DNA of 64,000 nucleotides from an uncultured bacterium (lineage in GTDB: Bacteria; Chloroflexota; UBA5177; JANWHV01): positions 384,001 through 448,000 of the forward strand of contig CAVSOU010000007.1 of NCBI GenBank assembly GCA_963729625.1, written 5' to 3'. Shown one piece after another: positions 10,523-20,501 of this stretch. The notes under the pieces are model-generated. The model saw only the letters and a list, made by a program, of their open reading frames with translations, was not told the origin of the DNA and ran no database searches. Numbering within the stretch: the first letter of the stretch is position 1; every line of letters starts with the position of its first letter. The position numbers and the translations under genes were made by a program.

Positions 10523-11389
10523 CTAAAGGATTTCGAGCGAGAAATCTATCGCGGGCGCGGAGTGAGTCAACGCGCCAAGCGAAATGTAGTCGACGCCGGT
10601 CAGCGCGATCTCGGCTAGGTTGTCGAGGGTTATGCCCCCGCTGGCCTCGATCCGAGCTCGACCACCAGCGCGCGCGACGGCTGCACGCAGGACATCGGGG
10701 CCTGCGTTATCGACGAGAATTGCCACGGCGCCTGTGGTAAGGGCCTCATCCAGCTCGTCAAGCGTAGTCACTTCTATCTCGACGCCGCCCATCGGCGGTA
10801 CCGAGGCGAGCGCCCGCCGCACGGCGACAGTTATGCCTCCGGCCGCGCGAATGTGGTTCTCCTTGATCAGCACGCCGTCGTCCAGTCCAGCGCGGTGATT
10901 CCGGCAGCCTCCCACGCGGACAGCGTACTTCTCGAGCACGCGGTGGCCGGGCGTCGTCTTCCGCGTGTCCAGCACGTGGGCATGAGTGCCCGCAACTATC
11001 TCGGCCGCGCGCCGGCTAACGGTGGCCACCCCTGAAAGCCGCTGTATGAAATTGAGAGCAGTGCGCTCGGCCGTGAGAATCGACCGGGCTGGTCCTTCAA
11101 TCCTCGCGACCACGCGGCGCTCGCCCCAGGATCCTTCCGCCGCTATCGCCAGCACCGACACGTTCGGGTCGAGCATGGCAAACGTCAGCTGGGCAACCGG
11201 CAAGCCGCAGAGCACTCCGGGCTGCTTCTGCCAGATTTCGGCCACGGCTTCGGCCGAAGCGGGCACAGTAGCCTCAGTTGTTCCGTCGCCGCGGCCGACA
11301 TCTTCCTGAAGGGCCAGTCGCACGATAGATCGCACTGCCTCGGTAATTGTCAGATGTGGAATTTCCGTCCGGACGCTCGGGACTGCCAT
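10523..11389 (-). CDS. nadC: Quinolinate phosphoribosyltransferase
   Basis: DTRKTTPG, NHRAGLDD, LIKENH, IEASGGI, GALTHSA. Confidence 0.97.
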   Translation of the reverse strand: MAVPSVRTEIPHLTITEAVRSIVRLALQEDVGRGDGTTEATVPASAEAVAEIWQKQPGVLCGLPVAQLTFAMLDPNVSVLAIAAEGSWGERRVVARIEGPARSILTAERTALNFIQRLSGVATVSRRAAEIVAGTHAHVLDTRKTTPGHRVLEKYAVRVGGCRNHRAGLDDGVLIKENHIRAAGGITVAVRRALASVPPMGGVEIEVTTLDELDEALTTGAVAILVDNAGPDVLRAAVARAGGRARIEASGGITLDNLAEIALTGVDYISLGALTHSAPAIDFSLEIL

Positions 11390-12903
11390 TACTGAGTCCT
11401 CTCGAACCGCGCCGCCGCCCCGCGCTGCCAGAGAACACGACCCTGGAACGCGGGCGAAATGTCGGGAAAGTCGGTGCGGTAATGTGCTCCGCGGCTTTCC
11501 TGCCGGATCAGCGCCGCGCGCGCAATAAGAGCAGGTACCAGCATGTCGCGCCGCGGCCGCGGCCCGAGGGCCCCCGCCAGGCCCTGCAAGCCTTCGGCGT
11601 CCCGCTCCACGCCCACGAATGCATCGAGGTCTGCGCCGGAAGCGACTTGTTGCTCGCCCGCATCCAGCTCGTCGCCCACGCCGGCAGACGAAGCAAGCCC
11701 GCCGGGCAGTACGTCCGCCTCCCAGGATGCCGTTGCGCTGCCGCTGTCACTGAGCGCGGCCTGGGCGGCCAGCCGACCAAAGACCAGGCATTCAAGCAGC
11801 GAATTCGATGCAAGCCTGTTGGCGCCCTGAGCGCCGGTGCAGGCTGCCTCACCCGCGGCGTAGAGACCCGGCACATCGCTCCGCCCCATCTCGTCGGTGC
11901 GTATGCCACCCATGCAGTAGTGGGCAGCCGGGGACACGGGAATGGGATCGCGCGCGAGGTCGAGATTCCACTCCGCCAGACGCGCAGCCAGGTTCGAAAA
12001 GCGCAACGGTACGATGCCGGGATCGAGGTGCCGGAGCGTCAAGTAGACCGGTCCGTGCTCGCGCCAATGCCGATAGATAGCGCGGGCTACCCGATCGCGC
12101 GGAAGCAGCGGATTCACGACCGGGCGCCCCTCGCCGTCCACGAGCAAAGCCCCTTCGCCGCGTAACGCCTCGCTCAACAGGAACGCAGGATGTCCGGGCA
12201 CGGCCGTGGCGGTAGGATGGAACTGCACGAACTCGAGGTCGGCCAGTGTTGCTCCGACCTCCCACGCCATCGTCAGACCTTGCCCGCGACTCTCAGGCGC
12301 ATTCGTCGTGCGCGCGAATAGCGCGGCATATCCGCCCGTAGCCAGCACTACGCCCCGGCCGCGGAACACTGCCTCACCGCTTCGGACGCCGGTTACGCGC
12401 GATCCCTGCCTTAGCAAGCCCTCGGCCGGTACGTGCGCAAACACCGCGATCTTCGGGTGTGATGTCGCTCGCGCGAGAAGAGCGCTGGTGACTGCACGGC
12501 CGGTCGCGGTGCCGTTAGCGTGTACGATGCGTCGCCGCCGGTGACCTGCTTCCAGTCCGAGGGCGGGGTGCATGGGACTGCCGTCGAACGGCACTCCCGC
12601 GGCGATCAGGTCCTCGACCTCGACTTTTCCAGCGGTGACCATGACCTCTACCGCTCTGCGGTCGTTCAAGCCGGCGCCAACCGCGCGGGTGTCTTCGGCG
12701 TGCAACATCGGGGTGTCGTCGTCGCCCAAAGCGGCCGCGATGCCGCCCTGCGCATTCGGACTGGAGCCTGAGAGCGCATCTCCCGCCGTAAGCAGCACGA
12801 CATCGGCTCCCGCATCGGCGGCGGCCAAGGCCGCCGACAGGCCGGCCACGCCCGAACCAACGACGACAAGATCGGTATACGCGGTGGTCGGCTCAGGACG
12901 CAT
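11389..12903 (-). CDS. nadB: L-aspartate oxidase
   Basis: GSGVAGL, AQGGIAA, EFVQFHPT, SEALRGEG, AAHYCMGG, GANRLASNSLLE. Start ATG 12903 with RBS GAAGGAGG. Confidence 0.95.
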   Translation of the reverse strand: MRPEPTTAYTDLVVVGSGVAGLSAALAAADAGADVVLLTAGDALSGSSPNAQGGIAAALGDDDTPMLHAEDTRAVGAGLNDRRAVEVMVTAGKVEVEDLIAAGVPFDGSPMHPALGLEAGHRRRRIVHANGTATGRAVTSALLARATSHPKIAVFAHVPAEGLLRQGSRVTGVRSGEAVFRGRGVVLATGGYAALFARTTNAPESRGQGLTMAWEVGATLADLEFVQFHPTATAVPGHPAFLLSEALRGEGALLVDGEGRPVVNPLLPRDRVARAIYRHWREHGPVYLTLRHLDPGIVPLRFSNLAARLAEWNLDLARDPIPVSPAAHYCMGGIRTDEMGRSDVPGLYAAGEAACTGAQGANRLASNSLLECLVFGRLAAQAALSDSGSATASWEADVLPGGLASSAGVGDELDAGEQQVASGADLDAFVGVERDAEGLQGLAGALGPRPRRDMLVPALIARAALIRQESRGAHYRTDFPDISPAFQGRVLWQRGAAARFERTQ

Positions 12904-13660
12904 TGACCATTCCTCCTTCGTGCCAGGGCAGCTCACGGCTCCACGTCCCGATGAGCGGACCCTGGAACCGATACAGCTCGCCGGGCCGCCCGACACGTCC
13001 GCGCACGGCGCGCTTGCCGACCGGCACGAGCGCTCCAGAAGCGAAGAGAGCGGAAAACGCCTTTTTGAAGTTTCCTGTATTGAGGCGAGCCAACGCGGGA
13101 TCGAGGATCGCGGCGTACACCTGGCGAAGCTCGGGCAGTGTGAACGTCTCGGGCAGGAGCTGGAACGCCAACCATGAATAGCGCAGCTTGGATTGCACGC
13201 GGTTCGCCGCGACCCGCAGCATGTCCGCATGGTCAAAAGCCAGTGATTCCGCCGGTACACTGCGGACGGGCGCCCAGGCGGCGTGTGTAACACTGCTCCC
13301 GGGAACAAGGGTCAAATCATCCGACCGCTCGAGGGCGAGATGCCCGACCGAGACCACGCGGCCACGTGTGTCTCGGTCGGGCTTGCCGAACGTGCCGATC
13401 TGCTCAAGGTACCAGTCAGCCGCGTTGAGTCCGGCCTTCGTATGCAGGGCCCGTCGTGCCGCGGCGTCAAACGTCTCCTCGCTCCGGAGCAGGACGCCGG
13501 GCAGCGACCACTTGCCTGCAAAGGCCGCGTCGTCGCGCTGAACGAGCAACACCTGCCACGCATCGCCGATTTGCTCTGCCTGCCGCACGGTAAATAGCAC
13601 CATATCCACGGCCACGACTGCATTGAGCTCGAGCCGATTCGGTGTTACCGGCCTGTTCAT
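12893..13660 (-). CDS. nrtR: NrtR-family Nudix/wHTH transcriptional regulator
   Basis: Degenerate Nudix box (WSLPGVLLRSEETFDAAARRALHTKAG, lacking REuxEE), LEQIGTFGKPDRD, LAFDH, FTLPELRQVY wHTH. First gene of the nad operon. Confidence 0.88.
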   Translation of the reverse strand: MNRPVTPNRLELNAVVAVDMVLFTVRQAEQIGDAWQVLLVQRDDAAFAGKWSLPGVLLRSEETFDAAARRALHTKAGLNAADWYLEQIGTFGKPDRDTRGRVVSVGHLALERSDDLTLVPGSSVTHAAWAPVRSVPAESLAFDHADMLRVAANRVQSKLRYSWLAFQLLPETFTLPELRQVYAAILDPALARLNTGNFKKAFSALFASGALVPVGKRAVRGRVGRPGELYRFQGPLIGTWSRELPWHEGGMVNAS

Positions 13661-13672
13661 TTGACTCCCCTT

Positions 13673-13697
13673 GATTCAAATCCTCCAGATTTGAATC
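13673..13697. promoter_or_regulatory. Perfect palindrome, candidate NrtR operator
   Basis: GATTCAAATC-ctcca-GATTTGAATC just upstream of the nrtR RBS and just downstream of a minus-strand -10-like TATGGT (13699-13704). Confidence 0.65.
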
Positions 13698-13738
13698 TAC
13701 CATAGTTGAAAAGGTTTGGGAAGTCCCGTAGGCGGGGG

Positions 13739-15592
13739 TCAGGTGGCTCGTTTGAATATGGCGACCGCGGCCGACCAGCCACCGCCGGCGCTCAGGTGAA
13801 GGCTGGCGCTCTGCGGTCCAAGCGCCGTCGCCACTACGTCTTCCACGACGATCGTGCCGGGCTTGCCGGTGGCCAGCGCGCGAAGCACTGCCTCGCGCCC
13901 GCCAATCCTGCCCACGATCGCACCCAGCGGATACGTGCCGCTCCCAAGACCGGCAAAGGCCATCTCGCCAGAGCCCACGGAGGCAGTGCTTCCCGTGCGC
14001 ACTGCGGAGTCCGATCCCTGACCACAGGCTGTGCGGTCTAGTGGCCGTGCGCGACTAATGCCGGAGTACTCCGCAAGCGCCATGCGTAGCTGACCGCCGA
14101 TCGTACTGTTCAGCAGCACGGTCGTCGCTCCCGATCGTGCGTTCGCCATGTACCAGATCGACACAACACCGCACTGAACCGCTTCGACCCAATTCCGGCC
14201 AACGCTGTCGTGCACCCAGGGCTTTCCTTCCGTCCGGAACACCCCGACCAGCAGGTCGCCCGCTCGCACCGGCTTCGCGTACGCGCCCTGCAGCTTCAGT
14301 CCGAAAGCAAGCTCCGTGTGTCCTTGCACGAACGTCACGTGTCCCGGCGACTGCGGCCGCGATGCCGCAGCTCGAGCGGCCGTTGGAACCGCCGTTGGAG
14401 GTTGCAACGTGCTCGTAGGCACGGCTGTAGGAGGAACGGGCGTGTTCACTGGAGTGGGCGTCGGCGTCGCGACATTGGCCATGACACCGAACCACTTGGC
14501 AACTTCCTGGCCGGCCGGTGTCATCTGACCTGTACCGAAATCGACGGCAGCTTCCGGGCCATTGCTTCCGCTCCCGGTCAACTGCCAGTACTCCTCTCCA
14601 ATCACATACGGCTGCTGCGCCAGCCAGCCGAGGAACTCATCCGTCGTGTTGGCAGTCGCGGGCTCCGCGCCATTGTCCTGGAAGTCACCCCACTCGACCA
14701 CCATGCGCTTACCAAAGGCGTTGTAGCTGGCCCGGATGTCTGATGTGAAGGTCGTGAAGTTCGTTGTGAAGTGGTCGACGTTGTAGGTATCAGTGTACGA
14801 AAGGGCGCTCGGCGTCACGTAGGGATAGAAATTGCCGGCCAGGCCGAACCACCCCGATGCGACATTCTTGCCGATAGTTCTGAAAGCTGCCTGGTCGGCC
14901 TGCCCGAAGTCGCTGAGCCACTGGTTGAAGGCCGCGGTTGACGGAAACTGGCATAGGTTCTGCGGGCAATGGGCCGCGGACGTACCGGCCGGACCGTTGG
15001 CAATGCCGTTGTTCTGGGGCTCGCCAAAGGGCTCAAAGATATCGCCGTCCTGAAAGACGTCTGCGTGATGAAGAATCCACTGGTACGTCAGGCCAATGTA
15101 CGAGCTCGTGTCCTGGCCAGACAGCACGGCTTGCAGCCCGCCGCCGCTCTCAAAGGGAATCGCGGGATTGGTGCTGTACGACAGCTTGGCCTGGCCGTAG
15201 TCGCCTGCCCAATGGTTCCAGTTTCCGCGAAAGAGCACGTGCAGGCCCGCGGCATGGATGGTGTCGGCCCACGCCTTGAGATAGTCGGCAGGAGACAAAG
15301 GCCCTGGCGCGCAGTCGAACCCGGAGGCATCGTCGTAAGGGACGTCGTCCGAGGCAAAGTTGGCGTGGAGCTGCGGGATGTAACCGACCAGACGTGTCAT
15401 GCTCGACTGGTCGTACTGGTGGCACACCGTATCGTGTGTTAGCGCGGTCATGCCGACGTCGCGAACCGACCAGGCTGAGGATGCCGTCGCGAGCGAGGCC
15501 GACAGACTGGGGGCGGCCTCCAGTGACAGCATCACCGCTGACGCGGTGATGGTCGCGACTACCAAGAGATACGCGGTCACACGTCGAGTCAC
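13739..15592 (-). CDS. Secreted putative clan GH-A glycoside hydrolase with PT-rich linker and C-terminal beta domain
   Basis: Signal peptide; FEPFGEP (acid/base-like) and VVEWG (nucleophile-like) motifs; TPTPTPVNTPVPPTAVPT linker. Confidence 0.6.
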   Translation of the reverse strand: MTRRVTAYLLVVATITASAVMLSLEAAPSLSASLATASSAWSVRDVGMTALTHDTVCHQYDQSSMTRLVGYIPQLHANFASDDVPYDDASGFDCAPGPLSPADYLKAWADTIHAAGLHVLFRGNWNHWAGDYGQAKLSYSTNPAIPFESGGGLQAVLSGQDTSSYIGLTYQWILHHADVFQDGDIFEPFGEPQNNGIANGPAGTSAAHCPQNLCQFPSTAAFNQWLSDFGQADQAAFRTIGKNVASGWFGLAGNFYPYVTPSALSYTDTYNVDHFTTNFTTFTSDIRASYNAFGKRMVVEWGDFQDNGAEPATANTTDEFLGWLAQQPYVIGEEYWQLTGSGSNGPEAAVDFGTGQMTPAGQEVAKWFGVMANVATPTPTPVNTPVPPTAVPTSTLQPPTAVPTAARAAASRPQSPGHVTFVQGHTELAFGLKLQGAYAKPVRAGDLLVGVFRTEGKPWVHDSVGRNWVEAVQCGVVSIWYMANARSGATTVLLNSTIGGQLRMALAEYSGISRARPLDRTACGQGSDSAVRTGSTASVGSGEMAFAGLGSGTYPLGAIVGRIGGREAVLRALATGKPGTIVVEDVVATALGPQSASLHLSAGGGWSAAVAIFKRAT

Positions 15593-16019
15593 AATGTATT
15601 CGCTCCTTGAAGCCGCGCAAACCGACGCCTAATTCGGTACGAACGTGCGCGACCGCACCGCTTCCGAGTGCCGGCGCGCTCCCCAGTCCCTATGTTTGGT
15701 CCGGAGGTGAACGAACCATCGTCACGTATAGTCTGCCACATGATCCCGTTAGGTCATACCCGCCACCCTGCCTCCCTCTTTGGGCCCGCCACGCACGCAA
15801 CAACAGCCTCGAGCTCACACGGGTCGGCGCGCAAACATGGGCCTAAGTACCCGATGCCTTGGTGACGTTCGCCTTCGACGGCTGCCCTACCAATAATGCT
15901 AAGATCGCTTGTGGTGGCGTAGCGATCGCCCACTCTCGCCGACAGACTCACGGGTGGTCTCCTCTCATCACGCCTCCTCTGTCGAATTGGTACTCGTTGA
16001 GCAAGTGGAGAGACCAAAC

Positions 16020-16487
16020 GTGAGCATCAAGCCCGTACTCCTGACCGCCGAGGGCCGCGCAGAGATGGAAACCGAGTACAACCGCCTCGTGACAGTTCGA
16101 AGGGTAGAAATCGCGGAGCAACTCGGATCTGCAGCGGACGACGGCGACCTCTCGGAGAACGCCGCCTACGACCATGCCAAGGACGAACAAGCTCTCCTGG
16201 AAGGACGAATCGCCCGGCTGGAGCACTCGCTCAGGCATGCAGAAGTGATCCAGAATAGCGCGATCGGAGTGGTACAGGTGGGGTCGAGGGTCACTGTTGA
16301 CGACGAAGGCCATCAGTCCACCTATGTGATCCTTGGCCCGCTCGAGTCGGCTCCTGCAAAGGGGCGCATCTCAAATGAGTCGCCCATGGGTCGAGCTCTC
16401 ATGAATCACCGAGAAGGCGACGTAGTTGAGGTTCATGCGCCGGTTGGCGTGCTGAAGATCCGGATCGTATCGATAGTAGCCCGCTAG
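16020..16487 (+). CDS. greA: Transcription elongation factor GreA
   Basis: GDLSENAAYDHAK, ISNESPMGRAL. GTG 16020 with RBS GGAGAG. Confidence 0.95.
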   Translation: MSIKPVLLTAEGRAEMETEYNRLVTVRRVEIAEQLGSAADDGDLSENAAYDHAKDEQALLEGRIARLEHSLRHAEVIQNSAIGVVQVGSRVTVDDEGHQSTYVILGPLESAPAKGRISNESPMGRALMNHREGDVVEVHAPVGVLKIRIVSIVAR

Positions 16488-16577
16488 CCCGCTAGCCCGC
16501 CCGTGGGTTGCCCAGGCGAGTGGGCGGCACGCATTTTGTAACGCTTGCGTCGTGAAGCGATGCTTGCATCGATGCGC

Positions 16578-19500
16578 CTATCCGGCCAGTTCGATCCGCG
16601 GGGCACGCACCGAGAAGTAGCGTGCCTGCGGATGGTGGGCGATAATCGCCACCGTGGATTGCTCTGGAACGAGTTGAAAAGCCGTGGTAAGGCTGACACC
16701 GACATCTGCCGCGGGCAGCAGGCCAAACACTTTCGTGTGGTCAGCCAGATCGGGACAGGCCGGGTAGCCCCACGAGTACCGTTTGCCCTGGTTCGGCTTC
16801 AGTCCAAGCTCGCTTCGGATATGGCGGTGCACATACTCCGCCAGTGCCTCTGCCGTCTCCACGCTCAGGCCATGCGTGTAATAGGCGTCCGCGTAGTCAC
16901 CGGCGGCGCGCAGCACATCCCCGAAGTCGGTCGCCTCTTCGCCAACCGTCACCAGCTGGAACGCCACGACGTCGGGTAGCAATGGATCGGAGCCAAAGTA
17001 GTCGCTGATGCAAAGGTGCTGCTCGTCACTCTGCCGAGGGAACGAGAAACGCTCGATCACGGTCGCCCGATCAGTCGGGGAGAGCACTACCAGGTCGTCT
17101 CCGGCACGGTAGCACGGGAAATAGCCATAGACGGCGCGCGCGCGCATCCACCCTTTCTCCACAGCTTCGCGTTCCATACGGCGCAGCCGCGGCATAAAGT
17201 CGTCCTTAAGCAGGCGGGTCCATTCCGGACCATTCGTGTTCTTGGCGCCCCATGAGAGCCTGAAGAGCGAGCGCAGCGCCAGGTGCTTGTACACGCGCGT
17301 GAGATCGATGTCGTGAAGGCATCTGCATCCCCAGAATGGCGGCGCAGGCGCAGGAACCGAATTCACAGCCGGCATCACCGCGGCTGCGGCGGTTGGTCGT
17401 GGGGTAATTGGGCGGTTGATGGACTGCGGAGGTTGCTGCGCGTCGGCGTGAACACGCGCCACTATCGCCGCGCGGCGCACCGGATCCTGCAGTGCATCCA
17501 TCACCTCGAGCCCCTCGAAGGCATCCTTACAGTAGAACACGCCCGGGCCGTACGGCGTCTTTCCGTCCGGAATCGCCACCCTGCGGCCAAACTCCCGGTT
17601 GATTGCGGCTCCGCCAATCAGCACCGGATAGCGCAGTCCGCGGTGGACAAGCTCTTGGACACAGAGCGCCATCTGCTTCGAGGTAGATACAAGCAGTGCC
17701 GAGAGGCCGATCGCGCCGGCGCCAACCTCTTCGGCTTTGTCCAGGATCACATTAACCGGCACTTGCTTGCCAAGATCGTGCACGACGTAGCCGTTATTCG
17801 CGAGGATTGTGCCGACCAGATTCTTGCCGATGTCGTGCACGTCGCCGAACACGGTGGCGAGCACGACCGACCCCTTGCTGTAGCCTTCCTTCTTTTCGAG
17901 GAAGTTCTCCAGGTAGGCCACGGCGCGCTTCATTACTTCTGCGCTTTGCAGGACAAACGGCAGAATCAACTCGCCGGCCCCGAATTTGTCGCCGACGTCC
18001 TTCATTGCCGGAAGGAGCACCCCGTTCAGAACCTCGACGGGACCGTGGCGTGTCAACGCTTCGTCGATAAGCGATTCGATGCCATCCTTCTTCCGATGCA
18101 AGATCTGGAAGTGAATGCGCTGCTCCGCGCCCATTCCTTCAACGGGATCGCTGGCCTGCTCCTGTTGCGACGGGGCCGCACTCTGGAAATACTCGATCAG
18201 GCGCGAGAGCGCGTCTGGCCGCCGATCGAACACGAGATCGTCGGCAAGTTGCCGCTGCTCACCCGGGATCTCGGCGTACGGAAGCACGTCTTTGGGATTG
18301 ACGATCGCGAGGTCAAGGCCCGCCTCAACGGCATGAAAGAGGAATACGCTGTTCAGCACGGCCCTTGCGTGGGGCATGAGCCCGAAGGAGACGTTGCTCA
18401 CGCCAAGGATGGTGAGCACTCCGGGCAGTGCTGCCTTGATCATTCGAATGCCTTCGAGCGTCTCGATGGCGGAACGCTTCCACTCATCCTCGCCCGTAGA
18501 CAGCACGAACGTCAGTGCGTCAAAGACCAGGTCCTCCGCGCGGAGGCCGAATTCTTCGACAGCGATCTGGTAGATACGTCGTGCAACGTCGAGCTTTCGT
18601 TTGGACGTTCTTGCCATGCCGGTTTCGTCGATGGTCAGCGCCACCACCGCGGCGCCGTGCGCTCTGGCCAGCGGCAACACAGTCTCGATCCGCTGGCGAC
18701 CGTTCTCCATGTTGATGGAGTTGATCAGCGCACGACCGGGATACTGCTCCAACGCAGCGTGAATCACGCTCGCCTCGGTGCTGTCGATCACCAATGGCGC
18801 CTCGACACCGGTTGACAATCGCTTCACCAGCTTCCGCATCACGACGGCCTCGTCGGCACGCTCCGTCACCGCGACCTGCACGTCCAGCGTATGAGCGCCG
18901 CCCTCCACCTGCTGCCGCGCGATAGCCAGAAGGCCCTCGTAGTCCTCGGCCAGCACCAGTCGCTTGACTGCCCGGCTACCCTGAGCATTCACCCGCTCGC
19001 CGATTATCAGGGGAGGCGGCACCTGATGCAACTCTACGGCCCGGATAGCGCCGGCCAGCATCGGCACGTGCCGGCGCGGCAGAGCCTTTGGCGGGCGATT
19101 GCCCACGCGCTCCACGACCAGCCGTAAGTGTTCGGGTGTAGTACCGCAGCAACCGCCGACGACGTTAACGCCAAACTCCTCGACAAACTCCACGAGCGCG
19201 GCAGCCATCGGCTCCGGCTTCATTGGATACACGGCTTTGCCGCCAACGTTGAGTGGCAAGCCGGCGTTGGGAATCACTGAGATCGGCTTGGTGCAGTATT
19301 CCGTGAGATAGCGGACCGGTTCGCGCATGTGGTCTGGACCGGTGCTGCAGTTCAGCCCGATCACATCCGCGTCCATAGCTTCCATGATCACCATGGAGGC
19401 GCCGACGTCAGTGCCCATCAGCATGCGGCCGCTCGTGTCCAGCGTCACCTGCGTCTGAATCGCCACCGCACGTCCGGACGCCTGTATGGCGGCGCGAGCG

Positions 19501-20036
19501 CCGGCAACCGCCGCCTTCAGCTCGAGGATGTCCTGAGAGGTTTCGACGATCAGGAGGTCGACGCCGCCTTCGACAAGTGCTGAGGCCTGCTCGCGATAGA
19601 TCTCGGCCAGGTCGCCAAACGTCATGATGCCAAGCATCGGATCATCGCTGGACGGCAGCATACCCGTCGGACCCATGGATCCGGCGACGAACCGCGGCCT
19701 CTCGGGCGTAGAAAACTCGTCCGCCACCGACCGCGCCAGCCGGGCCGCGGCCAGATTTATCTCGTGCGTTCTGTCGCCCAGGCCATACTCGTTTAACCGA
19801 AGGCGCGTGGCGTTGAATGTGTCGGTCTCAATAACGTCACATCCGACGGCCAGGAAGGACGCGTGGATAGTCCGGATTACGTCAGGCCGCGTGACCACGA
19901 GAACATCATTACAGCCCTCTTTACCGCCAAAATCGTCGGCGTTAAGGTCGAGAGACTGGATCGAGGTGCCCATTGCCCCATCGAAGACCAGAACGCGCGC
20001 GTCGAGAGCCAAGAGATACGGTGGCCTTTGGCCCAT
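16578..20036 (-). CDS. metH: Cobalamin-dependent methionine synthase
   Basis: 1152 aa; DGAMGT, GLNCSTGP, GGCCGT, GDVHDIGKN, RYSWGYPACP. Confidence 0.97.
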   Translation of the reverse strand: MGQRPPYLLALDARVLVFDGAMGTSIQSLDLNADDFGGKEGCNDVLVVTRPDVIRTIHASFLAVGCDVIETDTFNATRLRLNEYGLGDRTHEINLAAARLARSVADEFSTPERPRFVAGSMGPTGMLPSSDDPMLGIMTFGDLAEIYREQASALVEGGVDLLIVETSQDILELKAAVAGARAAIQASGRAVAIQTQVTLDTSGRMLMGTDVGASMVIMEAMDADVIGLNCSTGPDHMREPVRYLTEYCTKPISVIPNAGLPLNVGGKAVYPMKPEPMAAALVEFVEEFGVNVVGGCCGTTPEHLRLVVERVGNRPPKALPRRHVPMLAGAIRAVELHQVPPPLIIGERVNAQGSRAVKRLVLAEDYEGLLAIARQQVEGGAHTLDVQVAVTERADEAVVMRKLVKRLSTGVEAPLVIDSTEASVIHAALEQYPGRALINSINMENGRQRIETVLPLARAHGAAVVALTIDETGMARTSKRKLDVARRIYQIAVEEFGLRAEDLVFDALTFVLSTGEDEWKRSAIETLEGIRMIKAALPGVLTILGVSNVSFGLMPHARAVLNSVFLFHAVEAGLDLAIVNPKDVLPYAEIPGEQRQLADDLVFDRRPDALSRLIEYFQSAAPSQQEQASDPVEGMGAEQRIHFQILHRKKDGIESLIDEALTRHGPVEVLNGVLLPAMKDVGDKFGAGELILPFVLQSAEVMKRAVAYLENFLEKKEGYSKGSVVLATVFGDVHDIGKNLVGTILANNGYVVHDLGKQVPVNVILDKAEEVGAGAIGLSALLVSTSKQMALCVQELVHRGLRYPVLIGGAAINREFGRRVAIPDGKTPYGPGVFYCKDAFEGLEVMDALQDPVRRAAIVARVHADAQQPPQSINRPITPRPTAAAAVMPAVNSVPAPAPPFWGCRCLHDIDLTRVYKHLALRSLFRLSWGAKNTNGPEWTRLLKDDFMPRLRRMEREAVEKGWMRARAVYGYFPCYRAGDDLVVLSPTDRATVIERFSFPRQSDEQHLCISDYFGSDPLLPDVVAFQLVTVGEEATDFGDVLRAAGDYADAYYTHGLSVETAEALAEYVHRHIRSELGLKPNQGKRYSWGYPACPDLADHTKVFGLLPAADVGVSLTTAFQLVPEQSTVAIIAHHPQARYFSVRAPRIELAG

Positions 20037-20501
20037 CAGCTATCCTCTGAGTGATTGAACCGGAAGCTCAACACTGTCGCGGAGCTTTCGCGATAGCGCT
20101 GCATGCACCGTTCGCGGGCCCGAGACCGGAAGTCTCCTGCAATCGCTTCGCACGTTCGATCATACCAGCTTGTGCTGGCAGCGATACGCACCCTTGCAGG
20201 GCAAACACGCCGCACGAGGCGGCTCCGCCCGTAGACATGCCTCCGGCCGGGATGATCGGACAGGCGATTCTCCGATTCAATGCCATGATCGGTTATGCCC
20301 GCAAGCATGGTGAGCGCTACGACGATTTGCTCCGAGCGGCGCGAGAGTGGATGATTCACTTGCCGGATTCCGAACTTTCGCGTACATCGGATTGCGGACC
20401 GACGCCGGCCAGGAAGATAGGCTCACGACGCGATGCTGGCTTGCCCGCGTAGACTGAAGAAGGCGATTCATGAATAGCCGCGGAAGAACAGGGGTTATCA
20501 G

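Noticed and set aside
16478-16500. 8-bp tandem duplication GCCCGCTA at the greA stop
   Set aside because: Only two copies; likely a trivial slippage duplication.
17283-18815. Long antisense ORFs, e.g. 17283-18815, 34888-36558, 5539-6882
   Set aside because: They are shadows of real genes in high-GC DNA and carry no motifs.
20037-20500. Expected SAM, SAH or cobalamin riboswitch upstream of metH
   Set aside because: Reading the minus strand of the metH-proximal ~240 nt, I found no SAM-I, SAH or B12-box consensus; the rest was only scanned.
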